From Vicinamibacterales bacterium (GTDB lineage Bacteria > Acidobacteriota > Vicinamibacteria > Vicinamibacterales > JAMQPK01), in assembly GCA_963821395.1 (NCBI GenBank), contig CAWGDY010000042.1, positions 41,263-105,262 of the forward strand: a stretch of 64,000 nucleotides of DNA, read 5' to 3'. The notes under the pieces are model-generated. The model made no database searches and was not told the DNA's origin. It worked only from the letters and a program-made list of their open reading frames with translations. Both the position numbers and the translations under genes were made by a program. Position 1 is the first letter of the stretch; every line of letters starts with the position of its first letter. Shown piece by piece: positions 9,215 to 18,331 of this stretch.

Positions 9215-9814
9215 TCAGTTGCCCGACGACGTTTCCCGCAGCCGCGCACGGATCAACGCGGCCTGACTCGGCTCGAATGTCAGGCTGCCCGTCGAGGCGA
9301 GAAGGGCTTGCTTCGTGTCCCAGCCGGCCTTCATGAGTCCAGTGACGGCATGCCCGCCATACGGCAGCAGGAGATGACCCATTTCGTGCGCCATGACGTG
9401 GCCGAGCAACTGCGAGACTTCGAGATTCAACGTCTGACCCAAATCATCAATCCGCGGGTAGAAGAGCCACGCAACCTTGCCGCGCACTTCCTTCGATCCC
9501 GGCGCGATGCCGAGCACGTTGCGATTCTTGGCCTTATCACCGATCGAATTCGCGACGATCTTGACGACGAGCTTGATGACCATCGAATCAGGCGGTGGCG
9601 CCTGGGCTGGAAGCCACGACAACGTGATGCCCGCGCGCTCGAAGAGTCGGCTGGCTTCGTCTTGCGCGTAGTGCAGCGTGCTGGCTGGAATCCCGACCTC
9701 GTCGAGGACCAGGACGTGGATGGTGAGTTGCTCCGACGTCCCGGCCGCGACGTCGGCCGAACCCGTCAGCACCCCGAAGAGCAGCGCGCCTGCGATCCAA
9801 CCCGTCCGGCCCAT
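9215..9814 (-). CDS. small secreted HExxH protein (minimal metzincin-like), paralog 2
   Basis: Start ATG at 9814 (MGRTGWIAGALLFGVLTGSADVAAG), inside ORF 9215..9889. Same HVMAHEMGHLLLPYGGH...GLMKAGW core and same C-terminal LTFEPSQAA(L/M)IRAR motif as paralog 1. Confidence 0.7.
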   Translation of the reverse strand: MGRTGWIAGALLFGVLTGSADVAAGTSEQLTIHVLVLDEVGIPASTLHYAQDEASRLFERAGITLSWLPAQAPPPDSMVIKLVVKIVANSIGDKAKNRNVLGIAPGSKEVRGKVAWLFYPRIDDLGQTLNLEVSQLLGHVMAHEMGHLLLPYGGHAVTGLMKAGWDTKQALLASTGSLTFEPSQAALIRARLRETSSGN

Positions 9815-9888
9815 CTCGTCCTCCTCCGGGGGGCCGGGTGAATCCCGGCCGTGAACCGGGAGGCGGGAAACCGGATCGAAAAGGGCCA
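9815..9888 (-). promoter_or_regulatory. conserved structured 5' leader of HExxH paralog 2
   Basis: 26-nt box at 9863-9888 and stem GGCCGGG/CCCGGCC at 9831-9837 / 9843-9849. The stem is identical to paralog 1, and the loop differs by one base. Confidence 0.45.
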
Positions 9889-9902
9889 CGGACCCCGAAA
9901 CA

Positions 9903-9937
9903 GGGATTGGGGATTGGGGATTCGGGATTAGGGATTA
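9903..9937. repeat. heptanucleotide microsatellite (GGGATTR)5
   Basis: GGGATTG GGGATTG GGGATTC GGGATTA GGGATTA. Related tracts lie at 10302-10320 and, in reverse complement, at 16472-16513. Confidence 0.9.
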
Positions 9938-10002
9938 GGGGGAGGAAAGGACCACGCCTGACAGGGAACGACGGATAGAATGGGCGCCGGCTCGGATAAC
10001 CG

Positions 10003-10320
10003 GTGCCTGATCTTCCCAACCCCGAAGTAACGGCGCTCCTCCTGGCATGGGGACACGGCGACGATGCAGCCTTCGACCGCCTGGTGCCGATGGTCCATGC
10101 CGAGCTGCGCCGCATTGCCCGCCGGCACATGGGACACGAGCGGGTGGGGCACACCCTTCGGCCGACCGCGCTCGTCAATGAGGCTTACCTCAAGCTGGTC
10201 GACGCCCGGCAAGTCAAATGGCAGGACCGTGCGCACTTTTTTGCGATGTCGTCGCGCTTCATGCGACAAGTCCTGGTCGACTGGGCGCAACAAAAAGAAG
10301 TGATTAGGGATTGGGGATGA
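10003..10320 (+). CDS. ECF-type sigma factor, truncated after region 2 (no sigma4 domain)
   Basis: GTG start, 105 aa. The segment ...FDRLVPMVHAELRRIARRHMGHERVGHTLRPTALVNEAYLKLVD...WQDRAHFFAMSSRFMRQVLVDWA matches the N-terminal two-thirds of TIGR02999/PF07638-type ECF sigmas. The ORF then ends in the heptamer repeat (…EVIRDWG*). Its TGA overlaps the kinase ATG (ATGA at 10317-10320). Confidence 0.7.
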   Translation: MPDLPNPEVTALLLAWGHGDDAAFDRLVPMVHAELRRIARRHMGHERVGHTLRPTALVNEAYLKLVDARQVKWQDRAHFFAMSSRFMRQVLVDWAQQKEVIRDWG

Positions 10321-13157
10321 GGAATAGCGACTGGCGGCGCGTCGAAGAGATCGTGCGGGCCGCGCGCGAGCGTGCGCCGCATGAGAGGCAGGGCTTTGTC
10401 CGCCAGGCGGCAGCTGGTGATGAGTCCTTGCGGATGGAAGTGGAATCGCTGCTGGAGAACGCCAACAGCCCGACTCCCTCCCCCTCAGTCGTACCACGAT
10501 TGAATCTGACAGGCAGACGCATCGGCGTCTACGAAGTCGGCGTCATGATCGGCGCCGGGGGCATGGGTGAAGTCTATCGGGCACGCGACACGAAGCTCGC
10601 GCGCGACGTCGCGTTCAAGGTCCTGCCGGGCGACTTGGCTTCTGATCCAGAGCGCCTCGCGAGGTTCCAACGCGAAGCCCGTGTCCTCGCCGCATTGAAT
10701 CACCCGCACATCGGCGCGATACACGGTTTCGAGGAGTCTTCCGGCGTTGTGGCGCTCGTGCTGGAGCTCATAGAGGGCCCGACCCTGGCTGAACGCATTG
10801 CGAGAGGGGCTCTCACGGTGGGCGATGCGCTGAAGATCGCGCGGCAGATCGCGGAGGCGCTGGATGCGGCTCATGAGAGAGGCGTCATCCATCGCGATCT
10901 GAAGCCCGCCAACATCAAGCTCACCTCAGACGGCCAGGTGAAAGTGCTCGACTTCGGCCTGGCGAAGTTCGCACGAGCGCCGAATCTCTCGCACGCGCCG
11001 CCAACCGAGACCCTGGCCACGAGCGAGGGCGCGATTTTCGGCACACCTTCTTACATGAGCCCCGAACAGGCGCGCGGTCTGGCCGTGGACAAGCGCACCG
11101 ACATCTGGGCGTTCGGATGCGTGCTTTACGAAATGTTGTGTGGGCGCGAAGCCTTCCCGGGCCGCACGCTGTCCGATCGCCTCGCAGCGGTCATCGAGCG
11201 GGAACCCGACTGGTCTCGATTGCCGGCCTCCACGCCCGACGCTGTGAGTCGCCTCGTCCGACGCTGTCTGGACAAAGACGCGAGCCACCGGCTTCGCGAC
11301 ATTGGCGACGCGTCGGAAGAACTCGCTGACATCGTCCACGAGCGCGTGCCCATCGTCGCGAAGCCGCGAAATATGGCTATGGATGGCCGGCGCGACCGTC
11401 ATTCTGATTGGCATCGCTGCTGGCGTTGTTGTCTTCTGGAAAGCATCCCCGACAGGTCGAACCAATTCGTCCGGTGCGATTTCTGCTGACACCGCCCAAA
11501 GGGTCACACCTTCGCGAATTCCGCGATTCCAACGTTTCAAATGTCGCGATTCCATCGCCCGACGGCCGCAATATTGTGTTTCGAGCCGCGACCGCGAGCG
11601 GCCAGTTCTCATTGTGGATTCAGGCTCTCGATTCCAATTCTGCGCGGCAGTTACCCGGAACCGAAGACGCGCTGTTTCCGTTCTGGTCGCCCGACGGTCG
11701 CTATGTTGCGTTTGGCGCAGGAGACACGCTGAAGAGAGTGCCCGTTGCCGGTGGCGAGGCTGAGATCATCACCGCGATCTCGAACGGTCCTCTTGGCGCG
11801 ACATGGAACAGCGACGGTGTGATCGTGCTGACGCCAGGTAATCAGCGAGGGTTGTATCGTGTCCGCGCCTCTGGCGGCACGGCGGAACCGCTGACGCAGT
11901 TGGACAAGACCCGATCGGAAAACTCGCATCGCTGGCCTCAATTTCTTCCCGACGGCGATCACTTTCTGTACACGGCCAGGTCCGATTCGCCGGAGAACAC
12001 GGGAATTTACGTGGGCTCGCTCGCTACCGGAGAACGCAAATGGCTGATGCCGGCGCAATCGGGGGCCAACTACGTGGCGCCCGGCCATCTGTTGTGGGTG
12101 CGTGACGGGACGTTGCTGGCCCAGCCGTTCCGCCTCGACACGTTCGAGTTGACCGGCGACGCGACGGCGATCGCCGCAGACGTGACACATGTCAGGGCAG
12201 GCGCGTTCGGATCTTTCTCGGCTTCAGACGACGGCAGCGTTGTGTCTTACACCGTGAGCCAGTCCGATCGGAGACGCCTCCAGTGGTTCGATCGTTCGGG
12301 AAAAGCCGTTGGTCAGGCGATCGCAGAAGGAGACTTTGGCCAGTTGCGCCTCGATCCGTCAGGGAGTCGGGCGGTGGTTTACCGTCCGAGCAAAGAAGAC
12401 GGAAGCCGGGACATCTGGACGATCGACCTGGCGACTGGAGCGCAGACGCGGATCAGCTCGTCTCCTTCGAATGACTGGTATCCCACATGGTCGCCAGACG
12501 GTACGCACATTCTTTACCTGTCTGAAAGGAATGGCGCATCCGAGTTCTATTTGAGAGCGGCAGATGGCTCAGGGGAAGAGAAGCTCGTCTGGTCGGTTAC
12601 AGGAAGTGCGATTCCCGACTGACTGGTCGCGCGATGGCCAACGTATCGCGTTCTATGCGAATGCCGACTTCACAGACGAGCGGCGTTTCGATCTCTGGAT
12701 TCTTCCGTTGCCATGGGGAGCGAAGCCGACGCGCATATCATCACGGACGCCATTTGTCTGAATGGACGGGGCGTTTTTCGCCCGATGGTCGTTGGCTCGC
12801 GTACTCGTCGAACGACTCCGGCACTGAAGAGGTGTACGTGCGCGCTCTCGATGGAGAAAGCGCGCCAACGTATTTCGCTGAAAGGGCGGAATGCAGCCGA
12901 TCTGGACGCGCGACGGAAAGGAGTTGCTGTACCTGGCGCCGGGCAGTCAGTTGATGTCCGCAGCCATGACGCCGGTGGAGACTTCGACTCGATCCGCGAA
13001 ACGATTGTTCGTTGCCTGCGGCGAACCTTCGGAGTCGTATTACCAGCTATTCGACGTGTCGCCGGACGGGTTACGAACACTGTGGTTGTGTTCGCCGCCG
13101 CAGGAAGCCTCGACGAACATGATCGCCATCGGGTGGTTGCAGCAGCTGCCGCATTAG
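10317..13157 (+). pseudogene. Ser/Thr protein kinase - TM - TolB-like beta-propeller, about six +1 frame breaks as assembled
   Basis: The kinase domain (GAGGMGEVYRARD, HRDLKPANIKL, DFGLAK, SYMSPEQ) is in ORF 10311..11489. The TM segment WLWMAGATVILIGIAAGVVVFW is in the next frame. The propeller repeats (SPDGRNIVF, WSPDGRYVAFG, WSPDGTHILY, FSPDGRWLAYSS, WTRDGKELLY) are spread over ORFs 11408.., 12564.., 12634.., 12713.. and 12891..13157. Confidence 0.75.
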
Positions 13158-13160
13158 GCG

Positions 13161-14088
13161 CTACGTCACATTCGTGATGACGTACTCCTCGACGATTCCT
13201 CGCCGCTCGGCGTTCGAGTTGATCGCCCGCCGCGCTGGTACTCGGTGGCAGCACAGGCCCGCGGCGCTCACTTGCAGGTTCCTTTCGTAGAGCTCCGCAA
13301 TCTCGGGTGCGGTCGAGTTGCTCATCACAACATGGCAGCCTCGATTCGCAAGCTCAACGAGCACCGTTCGCAGCGTCTCCTGGTCGTCCAGGCTGAATCC
13401 TTCGGCGGTGTAGTTGGTGAACCGTGCCGTCTTGCTCAGCGGCGCATACGGCGGATCGAAGTACAGGAAATCGCCTGCCCGTGCCCGTTCCAGGACGGTG
13501 GTGAATCGCGCCCTGCTCGAGCGCGACACTACTCCGCGCGAGCGCGGCTGAGACGAGGCGGATGTTTTCATCGTCGCAGATGCGCGGCTTCGAATACCGG
13601 CCCGCGGGGACGTTGAACTCGCCGGCCGAATTGAGCCGGAACAGTCCGTTGTACCCCGTCCGGTTCAGGTAGATGAACATCGCGGCGAGCGCCGGGCTGT
13701 AGCCGAGCTCTCCACCGTTGGCCGATGCCCGCAGCCGGGCGCGCTCTTTGTTGAATCGATTGTTCCGAATCTCGTAGTAGTGGTCGGTGCCTTTTCGCTC
13801 GTGATCGCGCGCGAGCCGGGTCAGCTCTCGAACGATCTCGTCGGGGAAGTCTCTGACCGCGCGATAACAGGCAATCAAGTCCGGATTGTGATCGGTGAGC
13901 GTCGCGCCGCCGCCGACGAGACCACGCGCGTGAAGATCGAAAAACACGGCAGCGCTGCCCAGGAAGGGCTCACAGTACCGGTTGAACTGCCTGGGATAGA
14001 AGCGCCGAAGCACCGGAAGAAGCTGGCGCTTGCCCCCGGCCCACTTCAACAACGGACGGGCGTGTGTATGTGGCGTGCCATCTGCCAT
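13161..14088 (-). CDS. Dam-family (D12 class) N6-adenine DNA methyltransferase, one +1 frame break as assembled
   Basis: The N-terminal motif PLLKWAGGKRQLLP...EPFLGSAAVFF is in ORF 13354..14157. The catalytic DPPY (FLYFDPPYAPLSK) is in ORF 13161..13571. The frames join at ~13535. The ATG at 14088 lies inside REP A2, so a TTG start about 30 nt downstream is also possible. Confidence 0.75.
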
Positions 14089-14177
14089 CTGCCGTGTGCC
14101 ATGGCGCGCTTCAGTCATCCGCCCTGACAGCGAAGCCTCCTCTTTGCCATCTGCCATGTGCCATCTGCCATGTCAGG
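14075..14177. repeat. REP-like element, family A, copy 2 (two arms in direct orientation)
   Basis: gtgccatctgccatctgccgtgtgccatgg at 14075-14104 and ttgccatctgccatgtgccatctgccatgtcagg at 14144-14177. Confidence 0.8.
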
Positions 14178-14188
14178 CGAAGTATGCG

Positions 14189-14542
14189 TTAGTGCCTTCG
14201 TCCCTCGGCCAGCCTCAAGCCGACCGCCATGCCGAGATGAAACGCGGCTTCCTGATTGAGCCACAGCTGCCGCGCCAGATTGTCGACCAGCTCCTCTATC
14301 AGTTCGTGTCCGTCTTCCCCGGTCAGTTCCTTCAACCGCTGGACGATCTCTTCCTGGCGCTGGACATCCGCGGGCGCAAACAGCTCATCGTCGTGTAACG
14401 CGTCGAGCAGTTCGTCGTACTCGGCCGCGCAATGCTCTTCGACGTCGCCAAAACTGGGATAGCGCACCTGCTTGTCCGGCATCTCGATGCGCTCCGCTCC
14501 CGCGCGCGCGATGTCCATGAGGTCGTCCGACGTGGCGCCCAT
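14189..14542 (-). CDS. hypothetical small acidic protein
   Basis: 117 aa, rich in D/E (…DVEEHCAAEYDELLDALHDDELFAPADVQRQEE…). Same strand as the methyltransferase and immediately upstream of it. I recognise no family. Confidence 0.5.
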   Translation of the reverse strand: MGATSDDLMDIARAGAERIEMPDKQVRYPSFGDVEEHCAAEYDELLDALHDDELFAPADVQRQEEIVQRLKELTGEDGHELIEELVDNLARQLWLNQEAAFHLGMAVGLRLAEGRRH

Positions 14543-14604
14543 GATTGCCTCCGGGGGGCAGACTACTACATCTGAGGATCGATGGAGCTAAGATCTGATG
14601 TCAG

Positions 14605-15850
14605 ATGCGTCAGCTGTTCGCTGCCTTCGCGCTCGCCGCGGCGTGTGCTCTCTTCGGTCGGTCGGACAATCGGTCGGCGATGGCAGGCAGGCCGCGAGCC
14701 GCTCGATTTCGGCCGGACGCTGCGCGTCGATTATCTGCACTCCGGCGGAACGAGCGGGGAAGCGATCAAGCTGGATGCTCTCGTCAGCGAAGGCCCGTGG
14801 CCCGGCAGCCGCTCGCAACTCATCGACAAGACCGATCTCGGAAAGTACGTCTTCGAGGTGAACGATCGCGCATCCGGGCGTGTGCTGTACTCGCGGGGGT
14901 TTGCCTCGATTTACGGCGAGTGGGAGACCGTTCCCGAATCGCGCAAGACGAACCGCACGTTTCACGAATCGCTCAGGTTCCCGTGGCCCGTCAGACCCGT
15001 GCGCATCACGTTGAGAAAGCGGGATGCGCAAAACGTCTTCCAGCCGTTGTGGACGACCGAGGTCGACTCCGGGGCGGCCGTCCCGGCGTCGATACCAGCC
15101 ACGGTCGGGCCGTCGCTGCTGTTCGAGAATGGTCCGTCGAACCGCAAGGTCGATCTTCTTCTCATCAGCGAAGGGTATGCGCTGGAGCAAGCCTCGAAGT
15201 TCCGCCGAGACGCGGAGCGGCTGGTCGAGGCGCTCTTTGCCATCGAGCCTTTCAAGTCGCGCCGGGGCGATTTCAACGTCAGGGCGCTGGCGGTTCGTGG
15301 CGCGCCGCTTTCGGTCCAGTTCAACATCTTCGGTCTCGACCGATATGCGCTGACCTACGACAATCGCGCGCTTCGCAACTTCGCCGCCACCGCGCCGTAC
15401 GACATCGTCGAGGTGCTGGTGAACGAGACGAAATACGGCGGCGGCGGAATTTTCAACCAGCAATCAACCGTCGCCGCGGGGAACGACTCGGCCAGCTACG
15501 TCTTCATCCATGAGCTCGCGCACAACCTCGCAGGCCTCGGCGATGAATATGTGGGCACCGTCACGTACGAAACGGGAGCCGCCGTCAAAGTCGAGCCGTG
15601 GGAGCCGAACGTCACGGCTCTTCACGACCCTTCGGCGCTGAAATGGCGCGATCTCGTGGCGAAGGACACGCCCATCCCGACACCGATGAGCCATGCCGGC
15701 AAGGTCGGCGCCTTCGAAGGCGCGGGCTACGAAGCGCGAGGGCTGTACCGGCCGGAAGCGGAATGCATCATGGGCTCGCGCAAGGTCACCCGCTTTTGCC
15801 GGGTCTGTCAGCGCGCGATTAACCGGATCATCGATTTACACACCAGGTGA
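14605..15850 (+). CDS. M64-family (IgA-peptidase-like) zinc metallopeptidase, one +1 frame break near the N terminus
   Basis: The signal peptide MRQLFAAFALAAACALFGRS is in the frame of ORF 14605. The body (TLRVDYLHSGG..., LLISEGY, VLVNETKYGGGGIF, FIHELAHNLAGLGDEY) is in ORF 14582..15850. The frames join at ~14650-14690. Confidence 0.8.
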
Positions 15851-15859
15851 ACTGCCGCC

Positions 15860-15931
15860 TCGACGCAGAGGCGCAAAGACGCAGAGCATTCTCTTCTTCA
15901 AAGAACCTCTGCGGCTCGGCGTCTCTGCGTC
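15860..15931. repeat. REP-like palindromic element, family B, copy 2
   Basis: tcgacgcagaggcgcaaagacgcagag ... cctctgcggctcggcgtctctgcgtc, starting 10 nt after the M64 stop codon. Confidence 0.85.
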
Positions 15932-16036
15932 TGGACATGCGTCCAGTGGCGCAGTTCTTGCGAGACACCCTTCAACCCCTGACCAGGTGTCGGTGGGAAC
16001 GTCATTCGGGCTTGGAGGGATGACCAGAAACCGGGC

Positions 16037-16474
16037 ATGACCGATATCGCCGCTGCGGATTTGCTTCGCCTCCTTGTTCTGGCATTGCCGGTTGCGGCCA
16101 TATCGTGGACCGTTACGCACGAAGAGCTTTTCCGGGAGTTCCAGAGCTACTGTCTCGACAGGAGCCAATCCGCCCAGAGCCTCCCGCTTCGCAAGTTCTT
16201 CTACCTCTTTACCTGTGAGTACTGCTTCAGCCACTACGTCTCGGCGGCGGTGCTGTCGATGACGGGATTTCATCTTCTTTATACCGACTGGCGGGGTTCC
16301 CTCATCGCCTGGCTGGCGCTTGTCTGGGTCGCCAATCACCTGATCAGCATTTACGGGCGCCTTCGACTCGGCATCCGGAGCGAGCGACTCGAGATTGGTC
16401 TCAAGGAAGCCGTCAGCGAGCGCGCTGGAGTGAAGAAGGTGGACGAGCGCCCTCACAGCCGCAAGGTCGGCTAA
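16037..16474 (+). CDS. hypothetical small integral membrane protein
   Basis: 145 aa with 3-4 hydrophobic segments and a CEYCFSHY motif (possibly DUF1360-like, from memory). I prefer it to the overlapping antisense ORF 15836..16495, whose product is featureless. Confidence 0.45.
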   Translation: MTDIAAADLLRLLVLALPVAAISWTVTHEELFREFQSYCLDRSQSAQSLPLRKFFYLFTCEYCFSHYVSAAVLSMTGFHLLYTDWRGSLIAWLALVWVANHLISIYGRLRLGIRSERLEIGLKEAVSERAGVKKVDERPHSRKVG

Positions 16475-16513
16475 TCCCCAATCCCTAATCCCCAATCCCT
16501 AATCCCAATCCCT
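16472..16513. repeat. heptanucleotide microsatellite (TAATCCC/CAATCCC)6, reverse complement of GGGATTR
   Basis: taatccc caatccc taatccc caatccc taatcc caatccc, directly after the stop of 16037..16474. Confidence 0.9.
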
Positions 16514-16568
16514 GTGATACAGTTCCGCGCGTTCCACAACGCACCAACTGCGTCTATTGAGGGGAGAT

Positions 16569-18254
16569 ATGTGGCAACACAACTATGAGCCCATCGGGGG
16601 AAGTCTCGGTCTGTCGGCGTTTGCCGCAGCGATCCCCATCTTCGTGCTGTTCATCATGCTCGGCATGCTGCGCAAACCCGCATGGCAGGCGGCGCTGGCG
16701 GCGCTCGGGTCGGCGCTGGTCGTGGCGCTCGTGGTCTATCGCATGCCGTTTCAAATGGCGATCGTCTCGACGCTCTTTGGCGCGGCCTTCGGCATCTTCC
16801 CGATCGCGTGGATCGTGTTCAGCTCGATCATGCTGTACCGGCTGGCGGTCGATACCGGCAAGTTCGAGATCATCAAGGACTCGGTTGGCGGCCTGACCAA
16901 CGATCGGCGCTTGCAGGCGATGTTCATCGCGTTCTCGTTCGGTGCGTTCATCGAAGGCGCCGCCGGGTTCGGCGCGCCGGTTGCGGTGTCCGGTGCGATG
17001 CTCGCCGGTCTCGGGTTCTCGCCGTTCTACGCTGCCGGTATTTGTCTGCTGGCCAACACGGCGCCGGTCGCGTTCGGCTCGATCGGCATTCCGATCACGA
17101 CGCTCGCCAACGTGACGGGCATCCCGTCGATGCCGTTGAGCGCGATGACGGGCCGTCTTTGCGCGATGATCTCGGTCATCATTCCCGCCTATCTGACCGT
17201 CGTCATGGCGGGCCCGAAGCGCGCGCTCGAAGTCTGGCCCGCGATTTTGATTTGCGGTGTCTCCTTCGCCGCGACGCAGTTCTACGTCTCGAACTTCATC
17301 GGTCATGAGTTGACCGATATTCTCAGCTCGCTCGCCTGCATCATCGCGATGGTCCTGGTGCTGAAATTCTGGACGCCGCCCACGATTATGAGGCTCGAGG
17401 GTGACAAGGAAGCCACGCTCGCGCCGAAGCACCACTCGGGTCGTGAGGTGTTCGTGGCCTGGCTGCCGTATCTGCTGCTGGTCGTCTTCGTGCTGACGTG
17501 GGGCGAGGTCTCGATCAAGGCGGTTCTCGATCGGTTCTCCAACGGCCTCCTTCCGGGCTTTCTGCCGCTCAATCCGGCGGTGGTGAATGGCATCAACGTT
17601 CCGGGGCTGCACAACCTGATTGAGCGCATTCCACCGGTGACCCCGAAGCCTTCGCCGTACGCGGCTGTGTACACGCTCAATTGGCTGAGCGCATCGGGCA
17701 CCTCATGCTTCCTCGCCGCAATTGCAGCGGCGCTCCTGCTGCGCGTGAAGCCCTCGCAGTTCGCCGCGACCTATGTCGCCACCTTCAAGCAGTTGAAGAT
17801 GTCGATGGTCACGATCGCGACGATGCTCGGGCTTGCGTATCTGATGAACTATTCGGGCATGACCTCGACGCTGGGACTCGCGCTGGCCGCCACGGGCCCG
17901 ACGTTCCCGTTCTTCAGCGCGGTGCTCGGATGGCTGGGCGTGTTCCTGACCGGCAGCGACACGTCGGCGAACGCGCTGTTCGGCAACCTGCAGGTGGTCA
18001 CGGCCAATACGCTGGGTCTCAATCCCGTGTTGACGGCGTCCGTGAATTCCGCCGCCGGCGTCATGGGCAAGATGATCTCGCTGACGAGCATCGCCGTCGC
18101 GGTCGCCGCGACGGGCATGACCTCTGCCGACGAGAGCCGCTTGTTCCGTTTCACCATCAAGCACAGCATTCTGCTGATGATCGTCGTGGGCATCATCTCG
18201 ATGATGTACGCCTACGTGTTCCCGCAGTTTGTACCGGTGGTGCCGCCGAAATAG
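16569..18254 (+). CDS. lctP: L-lactate permease family transporter
   Basis: SD GAGGGGAG then ATG 16569. MWQHNYEPIGGSLGLSAFAAAIPIFVLF... with many TM segments, typical of the LctP/LldP family across its length. Confidence 0.9.
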   Translation: MWQHNYEPIGGSLGLSAFAAAIPIFVLFIMLGMLRKPAWQAALAALGSALVVALVVYRMPFQMAIVSTLFGAAFGIFPIAWIVFSSIMLYRLAVDTGKFEIIKDSVGGLTNDRRLQAMFIAFSFGAFIEGAAGFGAPVAVSGAMLAGLGFSPFYAAGICLLANTAPVAFGSIGIPITTLANVTGIPSMPLSAMTGRLCAMISVIIPAYLTVVMAGPKRALEVWPAILICGVSFAATQFYVSNFIGHELTDILSSLACIIAMVLVLKFWTPPTIMRLEGDKEATLAPKHHSGREVFVAWLPYLLLVVFVLTWGEVSIKAVLDRFSNGLLPGFLPLNPAVVNGINVPGLHNLIERIPPVTPKPSPYAAVYTLNWLSASGTSCFLAAIAAALLLRVKPSQFAATYVATFKQLKMSMVTIATMLGLAYLMNYSGMTSTLGLALAATGPTFPFFSAVLGWLGVFLTGSDTSANALFGNLQVVTANTLGLNPVLTASVNSAAGVMGKMISLTSIAVAVAATGMTSADESRLFRFTIKHSILLMIVVGIISMMYAYVFPQFVPVVPPK

Positions 18255-18296
18255 TCGAGAGGCGCAAGTCGACAGTCGGAAGGCGCAAGTCGAGAG

Positions 18297-18328
18297 AGTA
18301 GGGCGGGTCCTGAACTTTGGACCCGCCT
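18297..18328. repeat. GC-rich hairpin, family C (GTAGGGCGGGTCC...GGACCCGCC)
   Basis: gtagggcgggtcc tgaactt tggacccgcc. A related palindrome lies at 51138-51207. Confidence 0.7.
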
Positions 18329-18331
18329 GAA

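Noticed and set aside
9140-9841. 233-aa plus-strand ORF, and 9588-10178 / 9928-10497 minus-strand ORFs, around the HExxH and sigma genes
   Set aside because: They overlap better-supported genes in antisense or run through the heptamer repeats and leader boxes. They have no motifs.
9903-9937. GGGATTR, CTCTACGAA, AATCTAAAAACTAA and GGAACC arrays as CRISPR arrays or telomere-like ends
   Set aside because: The units are 6-14 nt and directly abutting, with no 25-40 nt unique spacers, and no cas genes are present. The tracts are internal to a gene-dense chromosome and are not TTAGGG-type, so they are simple tandem repeats.
13161-14088. Restriction-modification or other defence island around the Dam-family methyltransferase
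   Set aside because: No endonuclease, specificity subunit, helicase, reverse transcriptase, integrase or toxin-like gene is detectable within several kb on either side. It is treated as an orphan methyltransferase.
15836-16495. 219-aa minus-strand ORF
   Set aside because: It spans REP element B2 and the heptamer microsatellite, and it is antisense to a coherent multi-TM ORF (16037..16474). The plus-strand call is preferred, though only with moderate confidence.
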